44,793 nucleotides of DNA from a virus (lineage: Duplodnaviria; Heunggongvirae; Uroviricota; Caudoviricetes). This document shows positions 1 through 6,176 of the stretch, in pieces. The translations under genes and the position numbers were made by a program. Each line of letters starts with the position of its first letter. The stretch's first letter is position 1. The notes below the pieces were generated by a model, which worked only from the letters and a program-made list of their open reading frames with translations, had not been told where the DNA came from and did no database searches. The stretch covers positions 1 to 44,793 of IMG/VR virus record IMGVR_UViG_2974628062_000001. One strand, written 5' to 3'.

Positions 1-49
1 GCCGCATTTCCATTAGAATTCGCGCAAAAACAAAGGAAAAGGGGCAGAA

Positions 50-133
50 TTGAAGGCTTTTCTGTTCATTACCGGGCTTTTCCTTATCTCTGCCTATATG
101 GTGGGGGTATTGCCCGGCGGTATTCAGTGGTAA
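50..133 (+). CDS. 27-aa single-TM membrane micropeptide (MKAFLFITGLFLISAYMVGVLPGGIQW)
   Basis: Read manually: TTG at 50, TAA at 131-133, purine-rich AAAGGAAAAGGGG upstream, fully hydrophobic core; below the ORF-track cutoff. Confidence 0.5.
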   Translation: MKAFLFITGLFLISAYMVGVLPGGIQW

Positions 134-161
134 CCCATATACGGGTACCCCTATATAGGGG
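133..161. repeat. Overlapping palindromes ACCCATATACGGGT / GGGTACCC / CCCCTATATAGGGG
   Basis: Seen directly: 133-146 (6/7 pairs), 143-150 (perfect), 148-161 (perfect 14 bp). Confidence 0.75.
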
Positions 162-506
162 GTATATAGAAGGGGGTATGCATGAACCTTGCATATCAGT
201 ATATCGATAGGCCCAATAGCAAGAGTGGCACTGTATATGGTGCATATCTCTTGTATATGGGTACGGATACAGTGGTTGTCCCCGCAATGGGTAGGGATAT
301 CCATAAGCTGTGGGCATATGTGGGTAATGGCAATATGGGTATTGGCAAGGAAAGGCTTACTCACTTCCTGCAATTGCCTGCATTCACCTTGAACCCCGCC
401 CAATACAACACCACAGTTACACAATACGTTATGAGTAAGGATAAGCCTTTCAATATGCCTAGCGTGAAAGGATAGCGAGGAAATTCCCGAAGAAATTACG
501 CGGGAT

Positions 507-662
507 TTGAATAGCGATATAGTGCAGGGTACTGCCCTTACTCTAAAGGGTGTCCTTTGTCTAATCGTTGTTATTCCCGTCGTGATTGCCGTCATTTTCT
601 TTGTCGGTTTCGGGGCTTTCGCAATTCTCGGTGGAATTCTTCAGGCAATTGGAGCGCTGTAG
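507..662 (+). CDS. 51-aa membrane peptide (MNSDIVQGTALTLKGVLCLIVVIPVVIAVIFFVGFGAFAILGGILQAIGAL)
   Basis: Read manually: TTG 507, TAG 660-662; long uninterrupted hydrophobic stretch; weak RBS. Confidence 0.55.
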   Translation: MNSDIVQGTALTLKGVLCLIVVIPVVIAVIFFVGFGAFAILGGILQAIGAL

Positions 663-677
663 AAAGGAATTCTTTTA

Positions 678-739
678 GGGGACCCGGCGATTAAATTCAA
701 TGGGTCCCCCGGAATTATTTTCAATTGCGATTGCAATTG
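678..739. repeat. Two inverted repeats: GGGGACCC-N16-GGGTCCCC (678-709) and CAATTGC-GATT-GCAATTG (722-739)
   Basis: Seen directly in an AATT-rich non-coding tract. Confidence 0.65.
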
Positions 740-882
740 TTTATGGGCGCACTATTTGCGAATGCGAATTCGATTTGCCGGCCCATATCATACATCTCTA
801 AAAATTTGTAACATTTTCAATCTGGGAATTAGGTTACTCTAAGTTGATTGTAGCTAACTCTCCGTATTGGCCTGAAACCACG

Positions 883-909
883 AAAAAGCCCCTCCCCTAA
901 GGGAGGAGC
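883..909 (-). terminator. Intrinsic terminator ending the leftward gene block
   Basis: Minus strand GCTCCTCCC-TTAG-GGGAGGGGC followed by TTTTT, just downstream of ORF 922..1146. Confidence 0.8.
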
Positions 910-921
910 TAATCGTATTTT

Positions 922-1146
922 TTATTCCTGCTCTTCTTGAACAGAGAATGAAGGTGCTGGCATAAATGACAGACCCTTCTCATGCATCTCCACGAGCTGT
1001 GCTGCCTTTTGCGGACTATCGATGGATAGCTGGGCAAGCATGATATCGTAGAGTCTCATCAACTGAATGATGATTACTTCGTGTGCGTGTTCTTTGTCAA
1101 AGGCGTTGATAACCTCTGTCTCGAACTCAGAGGGATTGGGGTTCAT
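922..1146 (-). CDS. Hypothetical protein, 74 aa
   Basis: ORF track; in a tightly packed leftward operon with RBS-like sequence upstream. Confidence 0.75.
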   Translation of the reverse strand: MNPNPSEFETEVINAFDKEHAHEVIIIQLMRLYDIMLAQLSIDSPQKAAQLVEMHEKGLSFMPAPSFSVQEEQE

Positions 1147-1315
1147 CTAGCCTTCTTTCTACTGAGACAATTCTTTCTTCTTCTAGGGATACTTTCCACT
1201 CATCAAGAAGAAACCCGCCGTCGATTTCTTCGACGGCAATATTGTTCTTACGAGCCCAATACAGCAGCTCTTCCTTTGTACCCAGTCTTTCTAGTACGTC
1301 CTTTTGTGTAGCCAT
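1127..1315 (-). CDS. Hypothetical protein, 62 aa
   Basis: ORF track; phage-like composition, packed operon. Confidence 0.75.
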   Translation of the reverse strand: MATQKDVLERLGTKEELLYWARKNNIAVEEIDGGFLLDEWKVSLEEERIVSVERRLDEPQSL

Positions 1316-1324
1316 ATCTATATT

Positions 1325-1489
1325 CTACTTGATGTACTTGAAATTGTCACCATCAAGGACACAAACCCAGCGGCCAACTGTCAACTCGTTTCCTCTACGG
1401 GAAACAGACAGATTGTGCTTGCGGGCAAAGTTCCTGATGTCTGCGTCTGTCTTACACTTCAGCAAATCCTTCTGCTTTGCTTCAGCCAT
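1325..1489 (-). CDS. Hypothetical protein, 54 aa (MAEAKQKDLLKCKTDADIRNFARKHNLSVSRRGNELTVGRWVCVLDGDNFKYIK)
   Basis: Read manually; fills the gap exactly, 8-nt overlap with upstream stop, GGAG upstream. Confidence 0.75.
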   Translation of the reverse strand: MAEAKQKDLLKCKTDADIRNFARKHNLSVSRRGNELTVGRWVCVLDGDNFKYIK

Positions 1490-1694
1490 TGTCTTCCTCT
1501 ACTCTCAGTCTGATAATAAGGCTTGCAAGATTCCCACCTGCAATAGCCGCCGCAGAAGTGAGGGGAGGATACATTACCTTGTCCGACATGTGAAGCTTTG
1601 CGTTTGCTTCACTGGTCATCTCAAGATAGGCTGTCACATCTTCGAGAGTTTCCTGGATTTTCTCCAGCTCTCGAATCAAGTCTGCTCTTTGCAT
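1482..1694 (-). CDS. Hypothetical protein, 70 aa
   Basis: ORF track; GGAG ~12 nt upstream of ATG. Confidence 0.7.
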   Translation of the reverse strand: MQRADLIRELEKIQETLEDVTAYLEMTSEANAKLHMSDKVMYPPLTSAAAIAGGNLASLIIRLRVEEDNG

Positions 1695-2331
1695 TTCTAA
1701 ACTGCTCTCCTACGTATTGTGTATAGGCAGGAGGAATCGCTTCGTTGATTTCTTTATGAATCATCCAGTCAATACCCATTGCTTTTCTCTTGTCTGCAAT
1801 CCGGGCGTTTCCTCCCCCTGTTACTTGAACGAACATCTCTTCCGACATAGCCCGCCCAAAGTGGTTTTTTCTCTTGTCGAACGTATATACGAGCGCCTTG
1901 TGCTTCGGATGGTCGGGTTGTTCCAAACTGAAATTCGACTCAAACAATCTGTGTCTGTACACTCTCAGTCCGGAAAACATTGTTCCACAAAGCATAATGG
2001 GATTCTCCAATGGAGCTGTATCCACGTTCTCAATCACATATGGTAGCCCGGAGTCCTGTAGCATTTCTCTGACAGGTTTAATTAGGTCCGGGTACTCCTT
2101 GCCTGTGCGCTTTTGCAAATCGCTGTACATTTGACACGGAGGCGATGCGTGTACAAGGTCGAATCGACCAGTCATCATCATTCGCCACCCAATAGAAAGA
2201 GCGTCACCCAAAACGAAATTGTAAGGATAACGCACTTGTACTCTATTGTCTACACCAACGACTTCAAAGCCAGCTTGGTGGTAACCCATTGCTGCCCCTC
2301 CAGCCCCACAGAAGAGGTCCAATACTCTCAT
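1621..2331 (-). CDS. DNA (cytosine-5)-methyltransferase, compact phage type
   Basis: Motif I LDLFCGAGG, catalytic motif IV SPPCQ, motif VI ENV, motif VIII-like RHRLFE, motif X-like EAIPP. Confidence 0.9.
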   Translation of the reverse strand: MRVLDLFCGAGGAAMGYHQAGFEVVGVDNRVQVRYPYNFVLGDALSIGWRMMMTGRFDLVHASPPCQMYSDLQKRTGKEYPDLIKPVREMLQDSGLPYVIENVDTAPLENPIMLCGTMFSGLRVYRHRLFESNFSLEQPDHPKHKALVYTFDKRKNHFGRAMSEEMFVQVTGGGNARIADKRKAMGIDWMIHKEINEAIPPAYTQYVGEQFRNAKSRLDSRAGENPGNSRRCDSLS

Positions 2332-2786
2332 TGAGTAATGTCACTTCCTTCAATGGCACCAGTCAAGGTAAGCTCATAATGATGATTGGCACAAAGGATT
2401 CTGAACTTCTCTAGATTAGCAAGTATATATGCCTTGTGGCGAGGATGCCTATACTGGCTATCACGACATGTTGGCTTATAGTCTACATGCAGCCATACTG
2501 TTTTCGTAACCCCGCAAACTTCACAGGCACCGCCTAGAGCTGCTAGAATCTCAGCCCTCTCTTTGCGCCACTTATCAGAATGCTTAATGCCGTTCTTCTC
2601 CATGTAACGATTACGATACTCACGATTCTTTTCTGTCGTAAGATTTTCTTCGTTCCATGCCTTGACTCTCTTAGCAGTAGCGTTCTTAGAGCACTGCTTA
2701 GAACAATACTGGCGATTGGCGTCGCCACGTGTAATTACATCAAACTCTTTACCGCAAGCTTGATACCTACAAGTTCTCTTCTTCAT
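2328..2786 (-). CDS. HNH-like endonuclease with N-terminal zinc finger; possibly degenerate active site
   Basis: N-terminal CxxxxC...YCSxxC; C-terminal CEVC...LHVDY...ILCANHH; ATGA overlap with the methyltransferase start. Confidence 0.7.
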   Translation of the reverse strand: MKKRTCRYQACGKEFDVITRGDANRQYCSKQCSKNATAKRVKAWNEENLTTEKNREYRNRYMEKNGIKHSDKWRKERAEILAALGGACEVCGVTKTVWLHVDYKPTCRDSQYRHPRHKAYILANLEKFRILCANHHYELTLTGAIEGSDITQ

Positions 2787-2792
2787 GTAGGT

Positions 2793-2821
2793 ATCATAGC
2801 AGAATTATTTCTATGGTGCAA
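2793..2821 (-). promoter_or_regulatory. Sigma70/HrdB-type promoter giving a leaderless HNH-MTase transcript
   Basis: Minus strand TTGCAC-N17-TATGAT with TGn extension, 6 nt before ATG 2786, no SD. Confidence 0.7.
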
Positions 2822-2843
2822 ACTCACCACAAAACAATTCTAA

Positions 2844-3035
2844 TTAGACCTGTCGCTCATCATTAAAACGAAGAACAAAGCTGAAGTCATCTCCATTGAC
2901 GACTTCAAAATCGGTGTCCTCTGGCAAATCCTTAGTAAGCTCAACAAGCTCACGAAGGTCCTTTAGGCGGGTCTTTTCATCGAGAGTAAGCCAATACTTA
3001 CTCTTCAGGTTATAACCGACTGGAATTTTAATCAC
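2844..3035 (-). CDS. Hypothetical protein, ~63 aa (start codon uncertain)
   Basis: ORF track; GGAGGGAGGTGA SD overlaps the GTG. Confidence 0.7.
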   Translation of the reverse strand: MIKIPVGYNLKSKYWLTLDEKTRLKDLRELVELTKDLPEDTDFEVVNGDDFSFVLRFNDERQV

Positions 3036-3045
3036 CTCCCTCCGG

Positions 3046-3741
3046 TTATGACTTCTTAATGGTATCCATACAGATAGGGAAATGTTCGTGAGTTAGTTCC
3101 CAGACTGCCTTGGCATAATCCTGAATTTCCTTCTGAGCGTCATGCTCTAGCCTCTGGTGCAAGAAGTGAGTTACTGCACCTAGAGATACTGTCCAACGCC
3201 ATCTGACATATAGTCCGTAGGCTGGTAGGAATAGCCGGGCCTGTTCTGCACAAATACCGGCGTTCATTGCATCGTTGTACAGATTCTCACCCTTGGCCAG
3301 ATACGCTTCCAGAAGCCACGTAAAATTGTCTCCTGTCTCTGTATCTACCGGAACCCCAGAACCCTGCTTACGATTTTCTGGAGCGCTACGCCATTCATCA
3401 GCAAGGGGAACATAGAACTCAGGAACCTCAGTCACATAGCGACGACTGGATTCATTCCATCCATTCTGGTCCTCAAGATGGGTTGAGGCTACTGCGTACT
3501 TCCACCATTGTCTCGCTACGAAGAGTGGTGCATAAACCTCAAAAGTGAGAGCGGAATGACGGAACACCGAGCTGTGCTCTTCACGTTGAAGAAAGGCGAG
3601 AAGTCGGGCTTCTCTCTCTCCAAACTCTGCTGACTCCTTGGCGAAAGAAACCTTGGCCGAATTTACCGGGTCAAGGTCATCACCCATGTGCTTAATGTGT
3701 CTTACATAGCCCTTGTCAAGGACATCAATCTTATCGGTCAA
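3046..3741 (-). CDS. thyX: Flavin-dependent thymidylate synthase ThyX
   Basis: HSSVFRH, FEVYAPLFVARQWWK, WNESSRRY, AEQARLFLP and HAQKEIQDYA-type motifs of the ThyX family. Confidence 0.92.
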   Translation of the reverse strand: MTDKIDVLDKGYVRHIKHMGDDLDPVNSAKVSFAKESAEFGEREARLLAFLQREEHSSVFRHSALTFEVYAPLFVARQWWKYAVASTHLEDQNGWNESSRRYVTEVPEFYVPLADEWRSAPENRKQGSGVPVDTETGDNFTWLLEAYLAKGENLYNDAMNAGICAEQARLFLPAYGLYVRWRWTVSLGAVTHFLHQRLEHDAQKEIQDYAKAVWELTHEHFPICMDTIKKS

Positions 3742-3946
3742 GTACGTGCCTCATTAGTGTCTCGTGTGCGTTTACCATCTCGTACTTCTTACGAGCCTCA
3801 TCATAACCCGCCATAATCGCGTTGGCGAACCAGCTAGTCATCATAGCCTCGTCCATAATGTCGATTGGCTCATTCTGCCAAATCTCCATGAAATTCTTTG
3901 CCCAATACTGAGCGTCTGTGCTACTTGAATCAAACTTGTCTGCCAA
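3731..3946 (-). CDS. Hypothetical protein, 71 aa
   Basis: ORF track; TTG start with GGAG upstream; overlaps thyX start. Confidence 0.7.
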   Translation of the reverse strand: MADKFDSSSTDAQYWAKNFMEIWQNEPIDIMDEAMMTSWFANAIMAGYDEARKKYEMVNAHETLMRHVLDR

Positions 3947-4094
3947 GATTGTTCAACTCCCTTTTATACTCGTCAATCTTCTTCTGAGCGCGCTTTGCGC
4001 CTACAGAATCGCCATCCTTCTCACACTGTGACTTGATAGTCTCCTGTGCTCTGATTCCGGCGTTGATTCTCTCAGTCCTCTTCGCTAGGTCCAT
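3930..4094 (-). CDS. Hypothetical helical protein, 54 aa (MDLAKRTERINAGIRAQETIKSQCEKDGDSVGAKRAQKKIDEYKRELNNLGRQV)
   Basis: Read manually; GAGGAG SD upstream of ATG 4094; fills operon gap. Confidence 0.75.
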   Translation of the reverse strand: MDLAKRTERINAGIRAQETIKSQCEKDGDSVGAKRAQKKIDEYKRELNNLGRQV

Positions 4095-4209
4095 TGACAA
4101 TCTCCTCAAACTTCTCGGAGATATCAGCCTTTTCTTGAGTTACGTAGAAGGCCCCATCTTCGCTTTGCTCGATTGGAACCCCGTCGCTTCCAATGTAGAA
4201 GTTTCCCAC
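4072..4209 (-). CDS. Hypothetical acidic protein, 45 aa (MGNFYIGSDGVPIEQ...)
   Basis: C-terminal part of track ORF 4072..4323; GTG 4209 has AAGGAG SD. Confidence 0.6.
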   Translation of the reverse strand: MGNFYIGSDGVPIEQSEDGAFYVTQEKADISEKFEEIVNGPSEED

Positions 4210-4381
4210 TTTGTCTCCTTCTGGTAACAGTCCATCCGGCTTCTTGACATTGCCAGCATGGCTGGAATACATAGTTTTCAAGGTCAAGAACAGACTTACG
4301 CAATGAACAAACTGCGCAAGCATGGTCGTGGCTAACCCACGGTCCTCCGTCTGTCTTAATCCTTGGCTTATGCATCTTCAC
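4124..4381 (-). CDS. Small Cys4 zinc-finger protein, 85 aa
   Basis: CAVC...CWQC; GTGA overlap with upstream gene. Confidence 0.7.
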   Translation of the reverse strand: MKMHKPRIKTDGGPWVSHDHACAVCSLRKSVLDLENYVFQPCWQCQEAGWTVTRRRQSGKLLHWKRRGSNRAKRRWGLLRNSRKG

Positions 4382-4539
4382 TTATTAGGGTCCGTTCCAT
4401 TGAACTTGCCTTCTGTAAGTTCAATGAGCTTTTTGAAGGCTCTCTTACGACCTACTTCGTCGCCTCTCTCCTTCGCATCTTCATAACGACGGAACCAAAG
4501 TCTCTTGTCTTGATAGTACTTATCATTTTCATTAGGCAT
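4378..4539 (-). CDS. Hypothetical protein, 53 aa (MPNENDKYYQDKRLWFRRYEDAKERGDEVGRKRAFKKLIELTEGKFNGTDPNK)
   Basis: Read manually; GAGAG SD; coupled to both neighbours. Confidence 0.75.
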   Translation of the reverse strand: MPNENDKYYQDKRLWFRRYEDAKERGDEVGRKRAFKKLIELTEGKFNGTDPNK

Positions 4540-4744
4540 TATGTTCTCTCACCACCGCGCGAATTTGGTCATACAAGTCAAGTCCGGGCTGGATTCTCGT
4601 GTCACAGGACGGACACCACAGAACTGGCTCATCATCTGTTCCGAGCCTAGTGATTAGATGTCCTGTACAATCTGGACATTGCAAATGCTTTACCTTCCCG
4701 CCATCTGCTAGATGGCGGTACTCATGAAATACTGACCATTCCAT
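4532..4744 (-). CDS. Small zinc-ribbon protein, 70 aa
   Basis: CPDC...CPSC; ATG 4744 preferred over upstream TTG. Confidence 0.75.
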   Translation of the reverse strand: MEWSVFHEYRHLADGGKVKHLQCPDCTGHLITRLGTDDEPVLWCPSCDTRIQPGLDLYDQIRAVVREHNA

Positions 4745-4751
4745 AACGCAC

Positions 4752-4776
4752 AAAAACCACTACAAACTGTAGTGGT
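4752..4776 (-). terminator. Intrinsic terminator after the tRNA cluster
   Basis: Minus strand ACCACTACA-GTT-TGTAGTGGT then TTTT. Confidence 0.7.
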
Positions 4777-4809
4777 GATAGTTCTCCTTTTCTATCTAGT
4801 TTGTATAAG

Positions 4810-4882
4810 AGCCTAGTGTGGGAATCGAACCCACGACCTGTTCCGTACCAAGGAACTGTTCTACCACTGTCACTAACTAGGC
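4810..4882 (-). tRNA. tRNA-Thr(GGT), no encoded CCA
   Basis: Acceptor GCCTAGT/ACTAGGC, anticodon arm GTTCC-TTGGTAC-GGAAC, T arm GTGGG-TTCGATT-CCCAC. Confidence 0.92.
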
Positions 4883-4974
4883 AAGAGGTAAAGAGTGGGC
4901 AAAGCCGAGTCTTTACTCAAGTTTTATAAGCTTGGCGGTTCCCAAAAAGGAGAAGAAAAACGGAACCGCCTGCG

Positions 4975-5046
4975 AGCCAGATGACGGAATCGAACCGTCG
5001 ATAAGTCATTACGAAAGACTTGTGTTACCACTACAACTAATCTGGC
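4975..5046 (-). tRNA. tRNA-Thr(CGT), no encoded CCA
   Basis: Acceptor GCCAGAT/ATCTGGC, loop TTCGTAA with T-T mismatch at the top of the stem, T arm GACGG-TTCGATT-CCGTC. Confidence 0.85.
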
Positions 5047-5156
5047 ATATAGTCTGCCTCCCCTGCAACTAGGTACTACAGACAAGCCCCGGAGGACATT
5101 TCCTCGGAAGCAGAGGTACGGGTCGGTCGCATTCTCACCGCACGTACAACCAATTG

Positions 5157-5229
5157 AGCCGCCTGTCGGTCTCGAACCGACCACCTCTTGTTTACAAGAC
5201 AAGTGCTCTACCAGATGAGCTAAGGCGGC
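5157..5229 (-). tRNA. tRNA-Thr(TGT), no encoded CCA
   Basis: Acceptor GCCGCCT/AGGCGGC, D arm GCTC..GAGC, anticodon arm CTTGT-CTTGTAA-ACAAG, T arm GTCGG-TTCGAGA-CCGAC. Confidence 0.95.
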
Positions 5230-5298
5230 AATGCCAGTATATCACAACTGGCTAAGCTTAGGATAGTATTTATAGCCCCATCCCAAGGCGATAGAATC

Positions 5299-5328
5299 AT
5301 CTTAGCACGCGCTAGATGACATTGTCAA
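5299..5328 (-). promoter_or_regulatory. Promoter for the tRNA-Thr cluster
   Basis: Minus strand TTGACA-N18-TAAGAT with TGC extended -10. Confidence 0.75.
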
Positions 5329-5339
5329 GATTGTGGTAG

Positions 5340-6014
5340 TCAGTAGCCACACATCGGGGCGGTAACCCACTGATTGGCTCCACGACCATTATTCCACAAC
5401 TTCCAGAACGCTGCATCTTGCTGTGCGGGCGAATAGTTCATCGCCTTACCTGGAAGTCCAGTCACACCCTGCCAAGTAGAATCAAGGAACTGGTAAGCTC
5501 CCGATGCGCCAGAGCTTGGATTCAATGCTCTGTAGTTCCCACCTGACTCATGCTTCCGGATACACGCAGCAATTCCACCAGGAGCTACGTGATTATTGGT
5601 TGGTGCTTGGACCTTAGGCTTAGTTTCGACAGGCTTACGATTTACCTGACGAGCCTTCCTGGCCCTTTCGGCAGCAGCGGCTAGCTCCGCCTTCTGCCTT
5701 CTCTCTTTTGCCTCCGCTGCGGCCTGCTTTCGAGCCTTTTCTTCCTTGGCTCTCTTCTCGGCTTCAGCAATTTCGCGCATTCTCTTTTCGGCCTGAGCCT
5801 TTTGATTAGCACGCTTATCAATTGCCATCTGTTCCATTTCTGAAATCAATGGCTGCCGCGTTTCGTTTCTGGAAGCCCTATGGTCTTCCTCACCACGGTC
5901 CGACTGGCTGTCGGCTGCTACGACAGGTCTTTCTGTATTACTCTCCACGACTACAAAAGATGTAGTTCCTGCTACTGCAAGGATTGTGGCTAGTGTTGCG
6001 AATGTTCTCTTCAT
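5340..6014 (-). CDS. Secreted or membrane-anchored Rpf-like lytic transglycosylase with coiled-coil stalk
   Basis: Signal peptide MKRTFATLATILAVAG; A/E/K/R coiled coil; C-terminal lysozyme-like CIRKHESGGNY...GAYQFLDSTW...QQD...QW. Confidence 0.85.
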   Translation of the reverse strand: MKRTFATLATILAVAGTTSFVVVESNTERPVVAADSQSDRGEEDHRASRNETRQPLISEMEQMAIDKRANQKAQAEKRMREIAEAEKRAKEEKARKQAAAEAKERRQKAELAAAAERARKARQVNRKPVETKPKVQAPTNNHVAPGGIAACIRKHESGGNYRALNPSSGASGAYQFLDSTWQGVTGLPGKAMNYSPAQQDAAFWKLWNNGRGANQWVTAPMCGY

Positions 6015-6044
6015 GAGACCTCCTTTGTCAGCAACGATTCATCT

Positions 6045-6073
6045 AATGTACCAGAACTGTCACAGGAGCGCAA
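6045..6073 (-). promoter_or_regulatory. Leftward promoter for the Rpf-like gene
   Basis: Minus strand TTGCGC-N17-TACATT with TGG extension; AAGGAGG SD before ATG 6014. Confidence 0.6.
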
Positions 6074-6106
6074 CTACGATGTTGAAAAACCCGGCGGTCT
6101 TCTTAC

Positions 6107-6136
6107 TTGACAGCAAAGAGGTGAAGCTGTTAGTCT
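6107..6136 (+). promoter_or_regulatory. Rightward promoter for the glycosyltransferase genes (divergent from 6045-6073)
   Basis: TTGACA-N18-TAGTCT with TGT extension. Confidence 0.7.
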
Positions 6137-6176
6137 GTTATTACACTAGAAACAAAAGGAAGAAGAGTATCTACAA

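Noticed and set aside
182-475. 97-aa + strand ORF (and 84..317 -, 189..392 +)
   Set aside because: Y/G/M-rich translation simply reflects the low-complexity ATAT/GGG repeats; no convincing SD or family motif
1242-1700. 152-aa + strand ORF and other + ORFs over 1081-2843
   Set aside because: Antisense shadows of the tightly packed leftward genes; Ser/Phe/Leu-rich
5047-5156. Theta/HDV-like ribozyme at the tRNA 3' end
   Set aside because: Could not assign the nested P1/P2/P3/P1.1 pairings despite a UCCUC-like segment
4924-5202. 92-aa minus strand ORF
   Set aside because: Overlaps two clear tRNA genes
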